From a virus (taxonomy: Duplodnaviria > Caudoviricetes), in the IMG/VR virus record IMGVR_UViG_3300008262_000013: a stretch of DNA of 64,000 nt, one strand, 5' to 3'. Within the stretch, counting starts at the first letter, position 1; each line of letters begins with the position of its first letter. The notes below the pieces were generated by a model. The model made no database searches, was not told the origin of the DNA, and saw nothing but the letters and a program-made list of their open reading frames with translations. Shown one piece after another: positions 10,068 to 18,763 of the stretch. The position numbers and the translations under genes were made by a program.

Positions 10068-12791
10068 ATGAAATTTAAAGACTTTCTATTAGAACAGAAA
10101 GAAAAACACGCTGTCATGGCTTTCGGCCGTATGAATCCGATTACGAACGGCCATGAAAAAGTAGTCAAGGAAGTCAAAAAAATTGCTAAGCAATTTGACG
10201 CATCCCACCACATCGTACTGTCACATTCTCAAGATCCGAAGAAAAATCCTCTTACAGTACAGCAAAAAATGAAACACGCTAAGCGTGCATTTCCCGATAC
10301 AAAATTTGTAGCAGCATCCAGTGAATCTCCCACATTTTTCGAATATGCCGAAAAGTTATACAAACAAGGTGTAACTCATTTTCACATGGTTGCTGGTTCT
10401 GATCGAGCTCTCGAATATTTAAAATTACTCAAAAAATATAATGGTACACATAAGGGTGCTAGATTTAATTTTAAATACATGGGTGTAGAATCTGCCGGTG
10501 AACGTGACCCAGATGCAGAAGGCGCAGAGGGTATCTCCGCATCAAAGATGCGTGATGCTGCCGCAAAGGGAGATTTCAAAACTTTTAAAAAAGGCGCACC
10601 ATCAAAAATGTCAGTTGATCAGGTAAAAGACATGTATAATGATGTGCGTAAAGGTATGAACATTAAAGAAAGCATCAATGAAGAATTCGAAGAACTTCTC
10701 GTTGAAGGTGTACATGATCAAAGTATTTTCAAAGCAGTATTTTTAGCAGGCGGTCCAGGTTCAGGTAAAGATTATGTGTTAAGTAATACATTAGATGGCC
10801 ATGGATTAACAGAAATTAATTCTGATAAAGCTTTAGAGTTCTTAATGGATAAAAAAGGACTTGATAAGAGAATGCCTGAGAATGAAACTGAAGCGAGAGA
10901 TATCGTTCGAGGCAAAGCTAAGAGTGTAACTGAATTACGTCAACGTTTAGCATTACAGGGAAGAAACGGTTTAATCATCAATGGTACAGGCGATGATCCT
11001 AAAAAGGTTGCAAAAATTAAATCAAAATTAGAAGAATTGGGTTACGACACCTCAATGATTCTTGTCAATACAAATGATGAAGTGTCTGCACAAAGAAACA
11101 TTGAACGTGGTCAAAGAGGTGGTAGAACTGTACCAGAAACAATTCGTAAAGAAAAATGGGACAATGTTCAAAACGCACGTACAGAATACGCAAAGATATT
11201 TTCTGATCGTTATATGGAGTTTGACAACTCGGAAGATTTGCGACAAGCGCCACCTGATGTGGTTAAAGAAAAGAAAATGGAAATGTTGCAACTCTTTAAG
11301 AATGTTAAAGAGTTCGTTGCACAACCTCCACAATCTCCTGCTGCTCAAGAATGGGTAGCAAATGAACTTCAACAAAAAGATACATTAAAGCCGGACACAA
11401 AAGGTGCAGAAAAGATTCCACCAAGTGGATCTAGTGCTGCTGATGAAGCTAGAAAGATGGGATTACAATATTATGGATTTGGCCGTTACGGTAAAAATGG
11501 TAAAACTACACACCGTTCAGTGCATGACAAATTAGTACAAGTAACAAACAAAGAACCAGAACAACCAAAATTACCAACACCAGGTTCTTCACCAGTTGAT
11601 AATAAATCTAAAGTCAAAAAAGAATCTATTGATGACGAATTTGAAAATCTTATTTCAGAAGATTTGCGTAAGTGGTTTAGTAAAACTGATCCAGAAGGTG
11701 GTTGGAAAAGAATTAATAGTAAAGGTGAAGCAATTGGTCCTTGCGCTCGTGAACCTGGTGAACCAAAACCAAAATGTATGTCAAACGAAAAACGTGCTTC
11801 ATTGTCCAAGAAAGAACGTGCATCTGCTGTCGCAGCAAAACGTAAACATGATCCTGTTGCAGACAGAGGTGGCAAAGGTGGTAAACCTGTGAATGTTTCT
11901 AATTTTGGAAAAGGAAAACTATCTGAAGCTGTAACAGTTTCGGTTACTGGTGATACAGTTGATGAAGTAAAAGACTTCTTTACTACATTCAATAATAATG
12001 TAACCCATGAAGAATCATATGCTTTGTCTGATTCAAAGACTGATGCTATAACATTAGGTAAATTTATGCAACCCTTTGGTGAGAAAATGGAAAATACCAT
12101 GATCACTAATGAGATGATGCAAGATATGCTTGATGAAAGTCAACATAATTTATTGAAAGATAAACAAGGTAGAGTTAGAGTTTTCATGTTGCGCTCTGTT
12201 GCAGCAAAAGAAGCACATACGAAACAAGGTATCGTTTTGAAACATAAAAATGGTTATGTAATTAAACTAAAAGAGGAGATTGAAAATGTTGAAGTTTATA
12301 AAGGAACTATTCGGAATTGGATTGAAGAATCCAAACAAGCACGGGTTAGAGGGAGCATCGACAGCTCCAAACCAGGACTTCTCACAGAGAGTAGAACAAT
12401 ACTCAGCACCAGTGGAAGCACCAGTTCAGGAACAAACAGTTCAAGAGAAACCAAAGACGCAAAAGAAGGCACCAGCATCCAAGAAGCCATCGCCAAAGAA
12501 ACAAGAAACAAAATCACCCTCTCAGAAATCAGGCAGAGGCAGAAAACCTGGTCAGAAGAACAAATCAACGAAATAGATCGTGGTATTGAACCTGGTCTAT
12601 CAATGGCTGGTGCAGGTGAAAGTATTGGTAGAGATATGGGAGAAAAAATTAAAAAAAGATCCCATAAAGTTACTACAGTAGAAATGACTGGTGATGAAAC
12701 AACAGCTTCTATTGGTGATCAAAAAGAAGGTGAGTTAAAAAGAAAAGGTATTAATTTAACGACATTCAAAGCAAAAAGGCCGATAGGATGA
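10068..12791 (+). CDS. Multidomain protein: HxGH nucleotidyltransferase + P-loop kinase + small modules; putative packaged polyprotein
   Basis: GRMNPITNGH, VAGSDR, ISASKMR; LAGGPGSGK, INGTG, RNIER; Glu-rich linkers; starts MKFKDFLLEQ. Confidence 0.75.
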   Translation: MKFKDFLLEQKEKHAVMAFGRMNPITNGHEKVVKEVKKIAKQFDASHHIVLSHSQDPKKNPLTVQQKMKHAKRAFPDTKFVAASSESPTFFEYAEKLYKQGVTHFHMVAGSDRALEYLKLLKKYNGTHKGARFNFKYMGVESAGERDPDAEGAEGISASKMRDAAAKGDFKTFKKGAPSKMSVDQVKDMYNDVRKGMNIKESINEEFEELLVEGVHDQSIFKAVFLAGGPGSGKDYVLSNTLDGHGLTEINSDKALEFLMDKKGLDKRMPENETEARDIVRGKAKSVTELRQRLALQGRNGLIINGTGDDPKKVAKIKSKLEELGYDTSMILVNTNDEVSAQRNIERGQRGGRTVPETIRKEKWDNVQNARTEYAKIFSDRYMEFDNSEDLRQAPPDVVKEKKMEMLQLFKNVKEFVAQPPQSPAAQEWVANELQQKDTLKPDTKGAEKIPPSGSSAADEARKMGLQYYGFGRYGKNGKTTHRSVHDKLVQVTNKEPEQPKLPTPGSSPVDNKSKVKKESIDDEFENLISEDLRKWFSKTDPEGGWKRINSKGEAIGPCAREPGEPKPKCMSNEKRASLSKKERASAVAAKRKHDPVADRGGKGGKPVNVSNFGKGKLSEAVTVSVTGDTVDEVKDFFTTFNNNVTHEESYALSDSKTDAITLGKFMQPFGEKMENTMITNEMMQDMLDESQHNLLKDKQGRVRVFMLRSVAAKEAHTKQGIVLKHKNGYVIKLKEEIENVEVYKGTIRNWIEESKQARVRGSIDSSKPGLLTESRTILSTSGSTSSGTNSSRETKDAKEGTSIQEAIAKETRNKITLSEIRQRQKTWSEEQINEIDRGIEPGLSMAGAGESIGRDMGEKIKKRSHKVTTVEMTGDETTASIGDQKEGELKRKGINLTTFKAKRPIG
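12286..12576 (+). CDS. Nested same-strand ORF (96 aa, MLKFIKELFGIG..., Lys/Pro-rich tail)
   Basis: GAGGAG 7 nt before the ATG; stop-free in a different frame inside the 907-aa gene. Confidence 0.55.
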   Translation: MLKFIKELFGIGLKNPNKHGLEGASTAPNQDFSQRVEQYSAPVEAPVQEQTVQEKPKTQKKAPASKKPSPKKQETKSPSQKSGRGRKPGQKNKSTK

Positions 12792-13372
12792 AAACATTTA
12801 AAGAATTAATGTTAGAGAGATGTTGGCCAGGTCATAAACCTGTACCTGGTAAAAAACCTTATTCACCAGGTTCTTGTGTAAAAGAAGAACAACTTGATGA
12901 AATGCCTGGTGCTAATATGGACACTAGAGCAGTACATAAGCATCTTAGAAAATCTGGTTGGGAATTAACTAGAACATCCGGTGGTCACGATGTGTTTACT
13001 CATCCAGAAGCTAAGCATCATATTCCTGTTCCTCGTCACAAGCAATTAAAGGCACCATTAGTTCGTGGTATTCTAAAAGCTGCCAAAATAAATGAAGATT
13101 TGGAAGAATCTGCCGCATGGCAACGTAAAGAAGGAAAAAATCCTGAAGGTGGATTAAATCGTAAAGGTATTGCTTCTTATCGCCGTGAAAATCCTGGTTC
13201 AAAATTGTCAATGGCTGTGACTACACCACCATCAAAATTAAAACCAGGAAGTAAAGCAGCGAATCGCCGTAAATCATTTTGCGCTCGTATGGGTGGTATG
13301 CCAGGTCCTATGAAGGATGAAAAAGGTCGTCCAACAAGAAAAGCATTATCTTTGAGAAAGTGGAATTGCTAA
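12788..13372 (+). CDS. Three-module protein containing a HicA-like RNase domain
   Basis: Starts MKTFKELMLE; CWPG..C module; HicA-like LRKSGWELTRTSGGHDVFTH..IPVPRH; C-terminal AWQRKEGK..SFCARM..KWNC module. Confidence 0.75.
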   Translation: MKTFKELMLERCWPGHKPVPGKKPYSPGSCVKEEQLDEMPGANMDTRAVHKHLRKSGWELTRTSGGHDVFTHPEAKHHIPVPRHKQLKAPLVRGILKAAKINEDLEESAAWQRKEGKNPEGGLNRKGIASYRRENPGSKLSMAVTTPPSKLKPGSKAANRRKSFCARMGGMPGPMKDEKGRPTRKALSLRKWNC

Positions 13373-14683
13373 GTGGCACAATTTAGAACCGACTTACACA
13401 AGATAGATTCAGGACAAGTATTCACTCGTTATGAAGTGAATATGATGTCTGATCGTCTTACACCATCGGGCACAATGACAGATGCGTTTGGTCGCCTTCG
13501 TCTATCACAACCATTTACTCTTTTTGATAGTTCGCACCGTTTTACTGACAACGGACTGTGGTCAACATCAAATACAGAAGGAAATAGTTCATATGCTTTT
13601 GTAAACAATCAAAGTATGATTGCGATGACTGTGGGAACTACAGCAAATGCCGAAGTCATTCGTGAGACAACAAGAGTGTTTTCATATCAACCAGGTAAGT
13701 CTTTGTTGATGATGTCGTCATTTGCTATGGAGACACCTAAAGCAAATGTTCGTCAGAGAGTTGGTTATTATGGTGCTGAGAATGGTATCTATCTTGAGAA
13801 TGATGGAACAGCAAACTATTTTGTGCTGAGAAGTAATACATCAGGGACAATTACAGAAACAAAAGTTACACAAACAGATTGGAATATAGACAAGTTTGTC
13901 GGCACGGGTTATTCATCTCAAAGTGGTGGTGCTGAACATACTAACGGCATCGATGTAAGTAAAACTAATATTCTTTGGATGGATATTGAATGGTTGGGTG
14001 TTGGTGATGTTCGTTGTGGATTTGTGGTTGATGGTAAAATGGTTCCTGCTCATATATTTCATAATGATAATAAGAATTTGGTTCCTTATATGACAACGGC
14101 ATCTTTACCGTTGCGTTATGAAATCAAGAACACAGGTATTACAACAAGTAATTCTACATTAAAACAGATTTGTTCAACCGTTATATCTGAAGGTGGATAT
14201 GAGTTGCTTGGATCGCAGCAAGCCGTAGGCACACCAGTTACTAGCCCAATTGATTTGGCCGTTGCTGGAACATATTATAATCTCATTTCTTTGAGATTGA
14301 AATCGGATAGATTAGATGCGATTGCCATTATTACTGCACTATCTTTATTAGCATTAACTAACAACTCATATTATAACTGGCAACTCAGGGCGGGTGGTAC
14401 AACAACAGGTGGAACATGGGTAAGTGCAGGAGATAATTCGGCTGTTGAATATAAATTAGATGCCGCAACAATTTCAGGTGGAAGAATATTAGCATCGGGC
14501 TTTACAACTTCTACTACACAAAGTTCTATACCAGTGGATATTCTTAGAGAAGCACTATTCAAATTTCAATTAGAAAGAAATGGATTGACCAATACACCCT
14601 TCGAACTCACATTATGTGTGGCAGCATCAGTTAATGGTTCTGATATATACGCATCGATGGATTGGGAAGAAGTCACAAGATAA
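13373..14683 (+). CDS. Putative virion structural protein
   Basis: DAFGRLR start and beta-rich Thr/Ser/Gly composition like T4-like structural proteins; GTG start. Confidence 0.5.
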   Translation: MAQFRTDLHKIDSGQVFTRYEVNMMSDRLTPSGTMTDAFGRLRLSQPFTLFDSSHRFTDNGLWSTSNTEGNSSYAFVNNQSMIAMTVGTTANAEVIRETTRVFSYQPGKSLLMMSSFAMETPKANVRQRVGYYGAENGIYLENDGTANYFVLRSNTSGTITETKVTQTDWNIDKFVGTGYSSQSGGAEHTNGIDVSKTNILWMDIEWLGVGDVRCGFVVDGKMVPAHIFHNDNKNLVPYMTTASLPLRYEIKNTGITTSNSTLKQICSTVISEGGYELLGSQQAVGTPVTSPIDLAVAGTYYNLISLRLKSDRLDAIAIITALSLLALTNNSYYNWQLRAGGTTTGGTWVSAGDNSAVEYKLDAATISGGRILASGFTTSTTQSSIPVDILREALFKFQLERNGLTNTPFELTLCVAASVNGSDIYASMDWEEVTR

Positions 14684-14708
14684 CAAAAACTAAATCAGGA
14701 GAACTAAA

Positions 14709-16031
14709 ATGTTTCAAGACAAACTAACAAAAGAAATTGCTGCTGCAGCAGCACAAATTAAAACAGAACCAACTAAAAACGTTGTAAATGGAAACAGCGT
14801 TGAAGGTGCTGTTGTTTCAATTATGGCCAATGAAGAACTTAAAGGTAATCAACACAAGATTGATGCCAATAAGAATGGTAAAGTTGATGCACACGACTTT
14901 AAACTTCTTCGTAGTAAGAAAAAAGTAGAAGAAGGTGTTAAGGGTGCTGGTGTAGGTGCTGCTCTAGGTTCTGTTGCTGGTGGACCAGTCGGTGCTGCAA
15001 TTGGTGGTGCTTTAGGACATGTGGCTGGTGAAGTTCTTTCCAGTGCTAAAAACAAAGCAAAAGCTATGGGTCGTATTGCTGTAGGTCCTTCAATGGCTGA
15101 TAGCAAATTAAAAAGAGAAGATGTTGAACAAATCGATGAAGTTGGTGATACATCAGCAGGTAGAAAAATGATTAGTTCATATGTCAACAAAGCAATTGGT
15201 GACAAATCAAAAGACCGTTCAAAAGGTTTACGTAAAGCAACATCACGCCTCTACAAAGACAATTACTATGGTAAAAAGAATGAAGAAGTTGAAATGAACG
15301 AAGAAGATGCTTATAACAAAGACCGTTATGCTGTTAAAGATGGTAAAGCAAAAAAAGATAATCCTACACACATGGGTTCACCTAACTACAAAGATCAACC
15401 ACATCATGTTTGGGCAACAAGTGCTGAACATGCATTGAAAAAATCTATGAAGAAAGAAGAAGTTGAACAAATGGACGAAGCTTTTCCAACTGTAGCAGAT
15501 GCTAAAAAACGTATGGCTGCCGGTCAAAGTTCTTTCGAGAAAAAGAAAATTTCTACTGGCACAGTTTACTCACGTAAGTACAAAGCAGAACCAGATGATG
15601 CAGATGATATGCCAAAGAAAAAGGCAAAGACTATGAAAGAGATGTTGGACATTTACAGACAACATGGCGCAGAATCTTTGGTAGAAAATTTAATGATCGA
15701 AGAACCAACGAACGATGAGTATAAAAAAGAAGCTGAAATTGCTCAAGCAAAATCTGAAGGTAAAATTCGCAATGACAAACAGATTGCTAAAGCAGCATCA
15801 CAAGGTGTAAAAATGGAAGAAGTTGAACTTGAAATGTATGATGCTGATGAAATCAATGGTGTTCAAATCGATACAATTGATGAGCGTTCAATGACTGATG
15901 CTGAAATGGACAAACGTGAGAAAATCGTAAAGTCAATGAAAAAAGGCATTCAAGGTTTCAAAGATCGTTATGGTGATGATGCTAAGTCGGTAATGTATGC
16001 TACTGCAACCAAAAACGCGATGAAGGACTAA
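14709..16031 (+). CDS. Modular charged protein, putative internal head polyprotein
   Basis: Short basic modules separated by EDVEQIDE, EEVEMNEE, EEVEQMDE, EEVELE; glycine-zipper segment; AGGAGA Shine-Dalgarno. Confidence 0.6.
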   Translation: MFQDKLTKEIAAAAAQIKTEPTKNVVNGNSVEGAVVSIMANEELKGNQHKIDANKNGKVDAHDFKLLRSKKKVEEGVKGAGVGAALGSVAGGPVGAAIGGALGHVAGEVLSSAKNKAKAMGRIAVGPSMADSKLKREDVEQIDEVGDTSAGRKMISSYVNKAIGDKSKDRSKGLRKATSRLYKDNYYGKKNEEVEMNEEDAYNKDRYAVKDGKAKKDNPTHMGSPNYKDQPHHVWATSAEHALKKSMKKEEVEQMDEAFPTVADAKKRMAAGQSSFEKKKISTGTVYSRKYKAEPDDADDMPKKKAKTMKEMLDIYRQHGAESLVENLMIEEPTNDEYKKEAEIAQAKSEGKIRNDKQIAKAASQGVKMEEVELEMYDADEINGVQIDTIDERSMTDAEMDKREKIVKSMKKGIQGFKDRYGDDAKSVMYATATKNAMKD

Positions 16032-16033
16032 CT

Positions 16034-17491
16034 ATGAAAAAGTTTTCGGATGTTTTTAAATCCATTCGATTTGCTAAATTGGACCCTCAACATGATAAAC
16101 CTGAAATTGGTGGATCAAAAGATGATGAGGAACATTATACTGTTGGCACAAAAGAATGGGATCAACAAGTAAAACATGTAAAGAAAAGAGCTATGCAAGA
16201 AGAAAAGAAAGACAAGTATGATGAGGGTGAATATGACCGTGAAGGTGATATGGCTAAATCCGACTTGCGTTCTATCATTGCGAATGCTAAAAGATTGCAC
16301 GATATGATTGAAGATGCTGATAATCTTCCTGAGTGGGTGCAATCTAAAATTACTGTAGCAGAAGATTATATTTCAACCGTTGCGAATTACATGACAGCAG
16401 AAATGAATGAATCTGTCGCAGATACACATTCTAAATTGCGTAAAAAATCTGGTTTGCCACATCCCGATTACTATAAAGAATTAGGCAAATCTTATGATAT
16501 TGAAGATGATAAAGAAAGACTTTCAAAGCAATCTGAAATCAAAAAGAAATACAAAGTCGAATCTTATGTTCCTTCACCACATGCCAAACCTGTTCCTAAG
16601 AAACCAAAAGGTGAATATGAACGTAAGGTTGACAAGTATTTGAAAAAGAAATACAACAAAGAAGAAGTGGAAATAGACGAAGCAGCAAAGTGGCGTTCAA
16701 CTTCAGTAGCAAAAAAAGTTACTGATCCTGATGATGAAAGCAGTCGTTCTTATGACTATCATCACGAAAATCCCAGATCAACAGGCATGAAGCAAGCAAC
16801 TTCAGATAAGCCATATTCATCGGGCAGTTTGATGACAAGACTTAAAGCACAAGTCGCCTCACAGGGTGCCAGAAAAGGTATGGTTACCAAACAACACGCC
16901 GCAAGTCTAAAAGATAGAATCAAGTCTGCTATGCGTAAAGAAGAAGTTGAACTTTCTGAAGGTCGCCCATCACAGCGCCATCCATTAGAGGGTCATGAAT
17001 ATCACAAGAAAACGGATGCTGAATTGATTCACATTGCTAAAGATGCACATGAAGCAGCAGAAGCAATGAAAAGTCACAACACAACCGCAGAAAACAAATA
17101 CCGTGACCAAGCAAATGATTCTGCGACAGTGAGATATTTCCGTCAAAAGAGTGGTATGCCTAACTGGTATAAAAAGAAGTACGGACACGTTAAGGAAGAA
17201 ATGGAACAGTTAGAAGAAAAGAATGTTCCAACTTCACCTGAAAAGTGGGCTCAGGCCAAAGCACAAGCAAAAGCTAAGTTTGATGTATATCCATCAGCCT
17301 ACGCAAATGGTTGGGCTGCAAAGAAATATAAAGAAATGGGTGGTGGTTGGAAATCAGTTAGCGAAGAAACTATTTCAGAATCTCGCAAATCTGAAATTAT
17401 CAAAAAGTTAGTTAAGAAAAAAACTAATCCAGACGATAAATTTGAACCAAATCCAGTAATGGTAAAAACCAGAGATGACAGAGATCATTAA
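16034..17491 (+). CDS. Modular charged protein, putative internal head polyprotein
   Basis: Starts MKKFSDVF; linkers KEEVEIDE, KEEVELSE, KEEMEQLEE; modules LPEWVQSKIT and YPSAYANGW. Confidence 0.6.
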   Translation: MKKFSDVFKSIRFAKLDPQHDKPEIGGSKDDEEHYTVGTKEWDQQVKHVKKRAMQEEKKDKYDEGEYDREGDMAKSDLRSIIANAKRLHDMIEDADNLPEWVQSKITVAEDYISTVANYMTAEMNESVADTHSKLRKKSGLPHPDYYKELGKSYDIEDDKERLSKQSEIKKKYKVESYVPSPHAKPVPKKPKGEYERKVDKYLKKKYNKEEVEIDEAAKWRSTSVAKKVTDPDDESSRSYDYHHENPRSTGMKQATSDKPYSSGSLMTRLKAQVASQGARKGMVTKQHAASLKDRIKSAMRKEEVELSEGRPSQRHPLEGHEYHKKTDAELIHIAKDAHEAAEAMKSHNTTAENKYRDQANDSATVRYFRQKSGMPNWYKKKYGHVKEEMEQLEEKNVPTSPEKWAQAKAQAKAKFDVYPSAYANGWAAKKYKEMGGGWKSVSEETISESRKSEIIKKLVKKKTNPDDKFEPNPVMVKTRDDRDH

Positions 17492-17499
17492 CATAAATA
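17492..17499 (+). promoter_or_regulatory. Late promoter variant CATAAATA
   Basis: One mismatch to TATAAATA, intergenic, upstream of a structural gene. Confidence 0.55.
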
Positions 17500-17529
17500 A
17501 CAAGTAAAACAATTTTTAGGAGAAATAAA

Positions 17530-18330
17530 ATGCCTTTATGGTCAAACACAGACGCTAATACTAGCGCACCAAAATATGCAGTAGCTGGAGGACTTGGTGT
17601 CTCCGCTAATGGTGATGTCTTATACACAAATACAACCGCCGATGCATTTGTTCCAGGTGCAACGATTGGTGTATTTGGTGTTTCCGCTTCGGAGAAATCT
17701 GGAACAGGTAATGTTGCAACATTGACTATTACTTCAGCTGGTTCGGGTTTCACTGCTCGTCCGACTTTAAGTATAACTGGTGCTAATACTGTTCAAGCAG
17801 TAGCTATTGCTAATGCAAAAACTGTAGGTGTAACAATCACCGCAGCAGGTACAGGTTATGTAGCCGGTCAAGTATTTACTGCAACTGGTGGTACAGGTAC
17901 AGCAACGACACTTACTATAACTACAGTCAACGGAAGTGGTAATGTTACTGCGGTTAGCATTACACAAGCAGGTGACTATACAGCATTACCAACACTAACT
18001 AATAATCCATTTACATCCAACACTACTGTTGCTGGTACAGGATTTACGGCTACACTTTCTATGGGTGTTGGTAGTACATTGGTTACTACAGTTGGTGAAC
18101 AATATAATTCTTCCGACGTAACCGTTACAGTTGGTGGTGCTGGTGGTACAGGTGCTGTTGTTGCACCAGTCTTAACTGGTCAAGAAGGTACTTCGAAAGG
18201 TGTATTAGCTGGTTGGAACTTACGTAAAGAAGGATCTGGTGGTCGTGCAGGTCGTGTACAGTATGAGTGCTTAGTTGCTATGGGTTCAATCTCCGGTGAT
18301 GGCGCTGACGATACTCTATTGGCACCGTAA
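17530..18330 (+). CDS. Putative virion structural protein (Thr/Gly/Ala-rich)
   Basis: MPLWSN start, ITxAGxGY repeats, C-terminal GRAGRVQYECLVAM; AGGAGA Shine-Dalgarno. Confidence 0.6.
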   Translation: MPLWSNTDANTSAPKYAVAGGLGVSANGDVLYTNTTADAFVPGATIGVFGVSASEKSGTGNVATLTITSAGSGFTARPTLSITGANTVQAVAIANAKTVGVTITAAGTGYVAGQVFTATGGTGTATTLTITTVNGSGNVTAVSITQAGDYTALPTLTNNPFTSNTTVAGTGFTATLSMGVGSTLVTTVGEQYNSSDVTVTVGGAGGTGAVVAPVLTGQEGTSKGVLAGWNLRKEGSGGRAGRVQYECLVAMGSISGDGADDTLLAP

Positions 18331-18332
18331 TA

Positions 18333-18752
18333 ATGAGATATGAAGATGATGCTATCGATTCCTCAGAAGTAATAGGAACGATACAAAAAGGTCAAGCGAT
18401 TGATGCACATGAACCTTCGGGTGAGGACTCTGTTTCGGTCCTCAACCCGAATGTTGTTACCGAAGTTAATTTTCGTTTAAGAAATGAATTAAATGAAATT
18501 ATATTAACTGCCGATCAGGGTATACAGAAGATAAGAAAAACCTTACATAGATATGGTTTTGATTTACCTGCTGTATATGAACCTGATCGTGAAGGTGATG
18601 AACTGGTAATTGAAGTTAATCAGTTTGGTTTTGATGATTTAGATTCTAATGTTTATATTTTATATTTTATGAATGATAAAGGGGTTTATGAATTTTATGC
18701 TGAACTTGGAGATGATCAACGTATGGATGAATTACTATCTGACGGTATTTAA
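18333..18752 (+). CDS. Acidic hypothetical protein
   Basis: ORF track; tightly packed in the operon. Confidence 0.55.
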   Translation: MRYEDDAIDSSEVIGTIQKGQAIDAHEPSGEDSVSVLNPNVVTEVNFRLRNELNEIILTADQGIQKIRKTLHRYGFDLPAVYEPDREGDELVIEVNQFGFDDLDSNVYILYFMNDKGVYEFYAELGDDQRMDELLSDGI

Positions 18753-18763
18753 AAAGAAAAATA

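Noticed and set aside
11486-12106. 206-aa minus-strand ORF and similar antisense ORFs in the track (e.g. 14849-15205, 62562-62906, 47616-47930)
   Set aside because: Shadows of biased plus- or minus-strand coding sequence; no Shine-Dalgarno, promoter or protein-like motifs.
12788-14683. HicAB toxin-antitoxin operon
   Set aside because: Neighbouring genes show no HicB RNase-H-like or DNA-binding features; reported instead as an orphan module.
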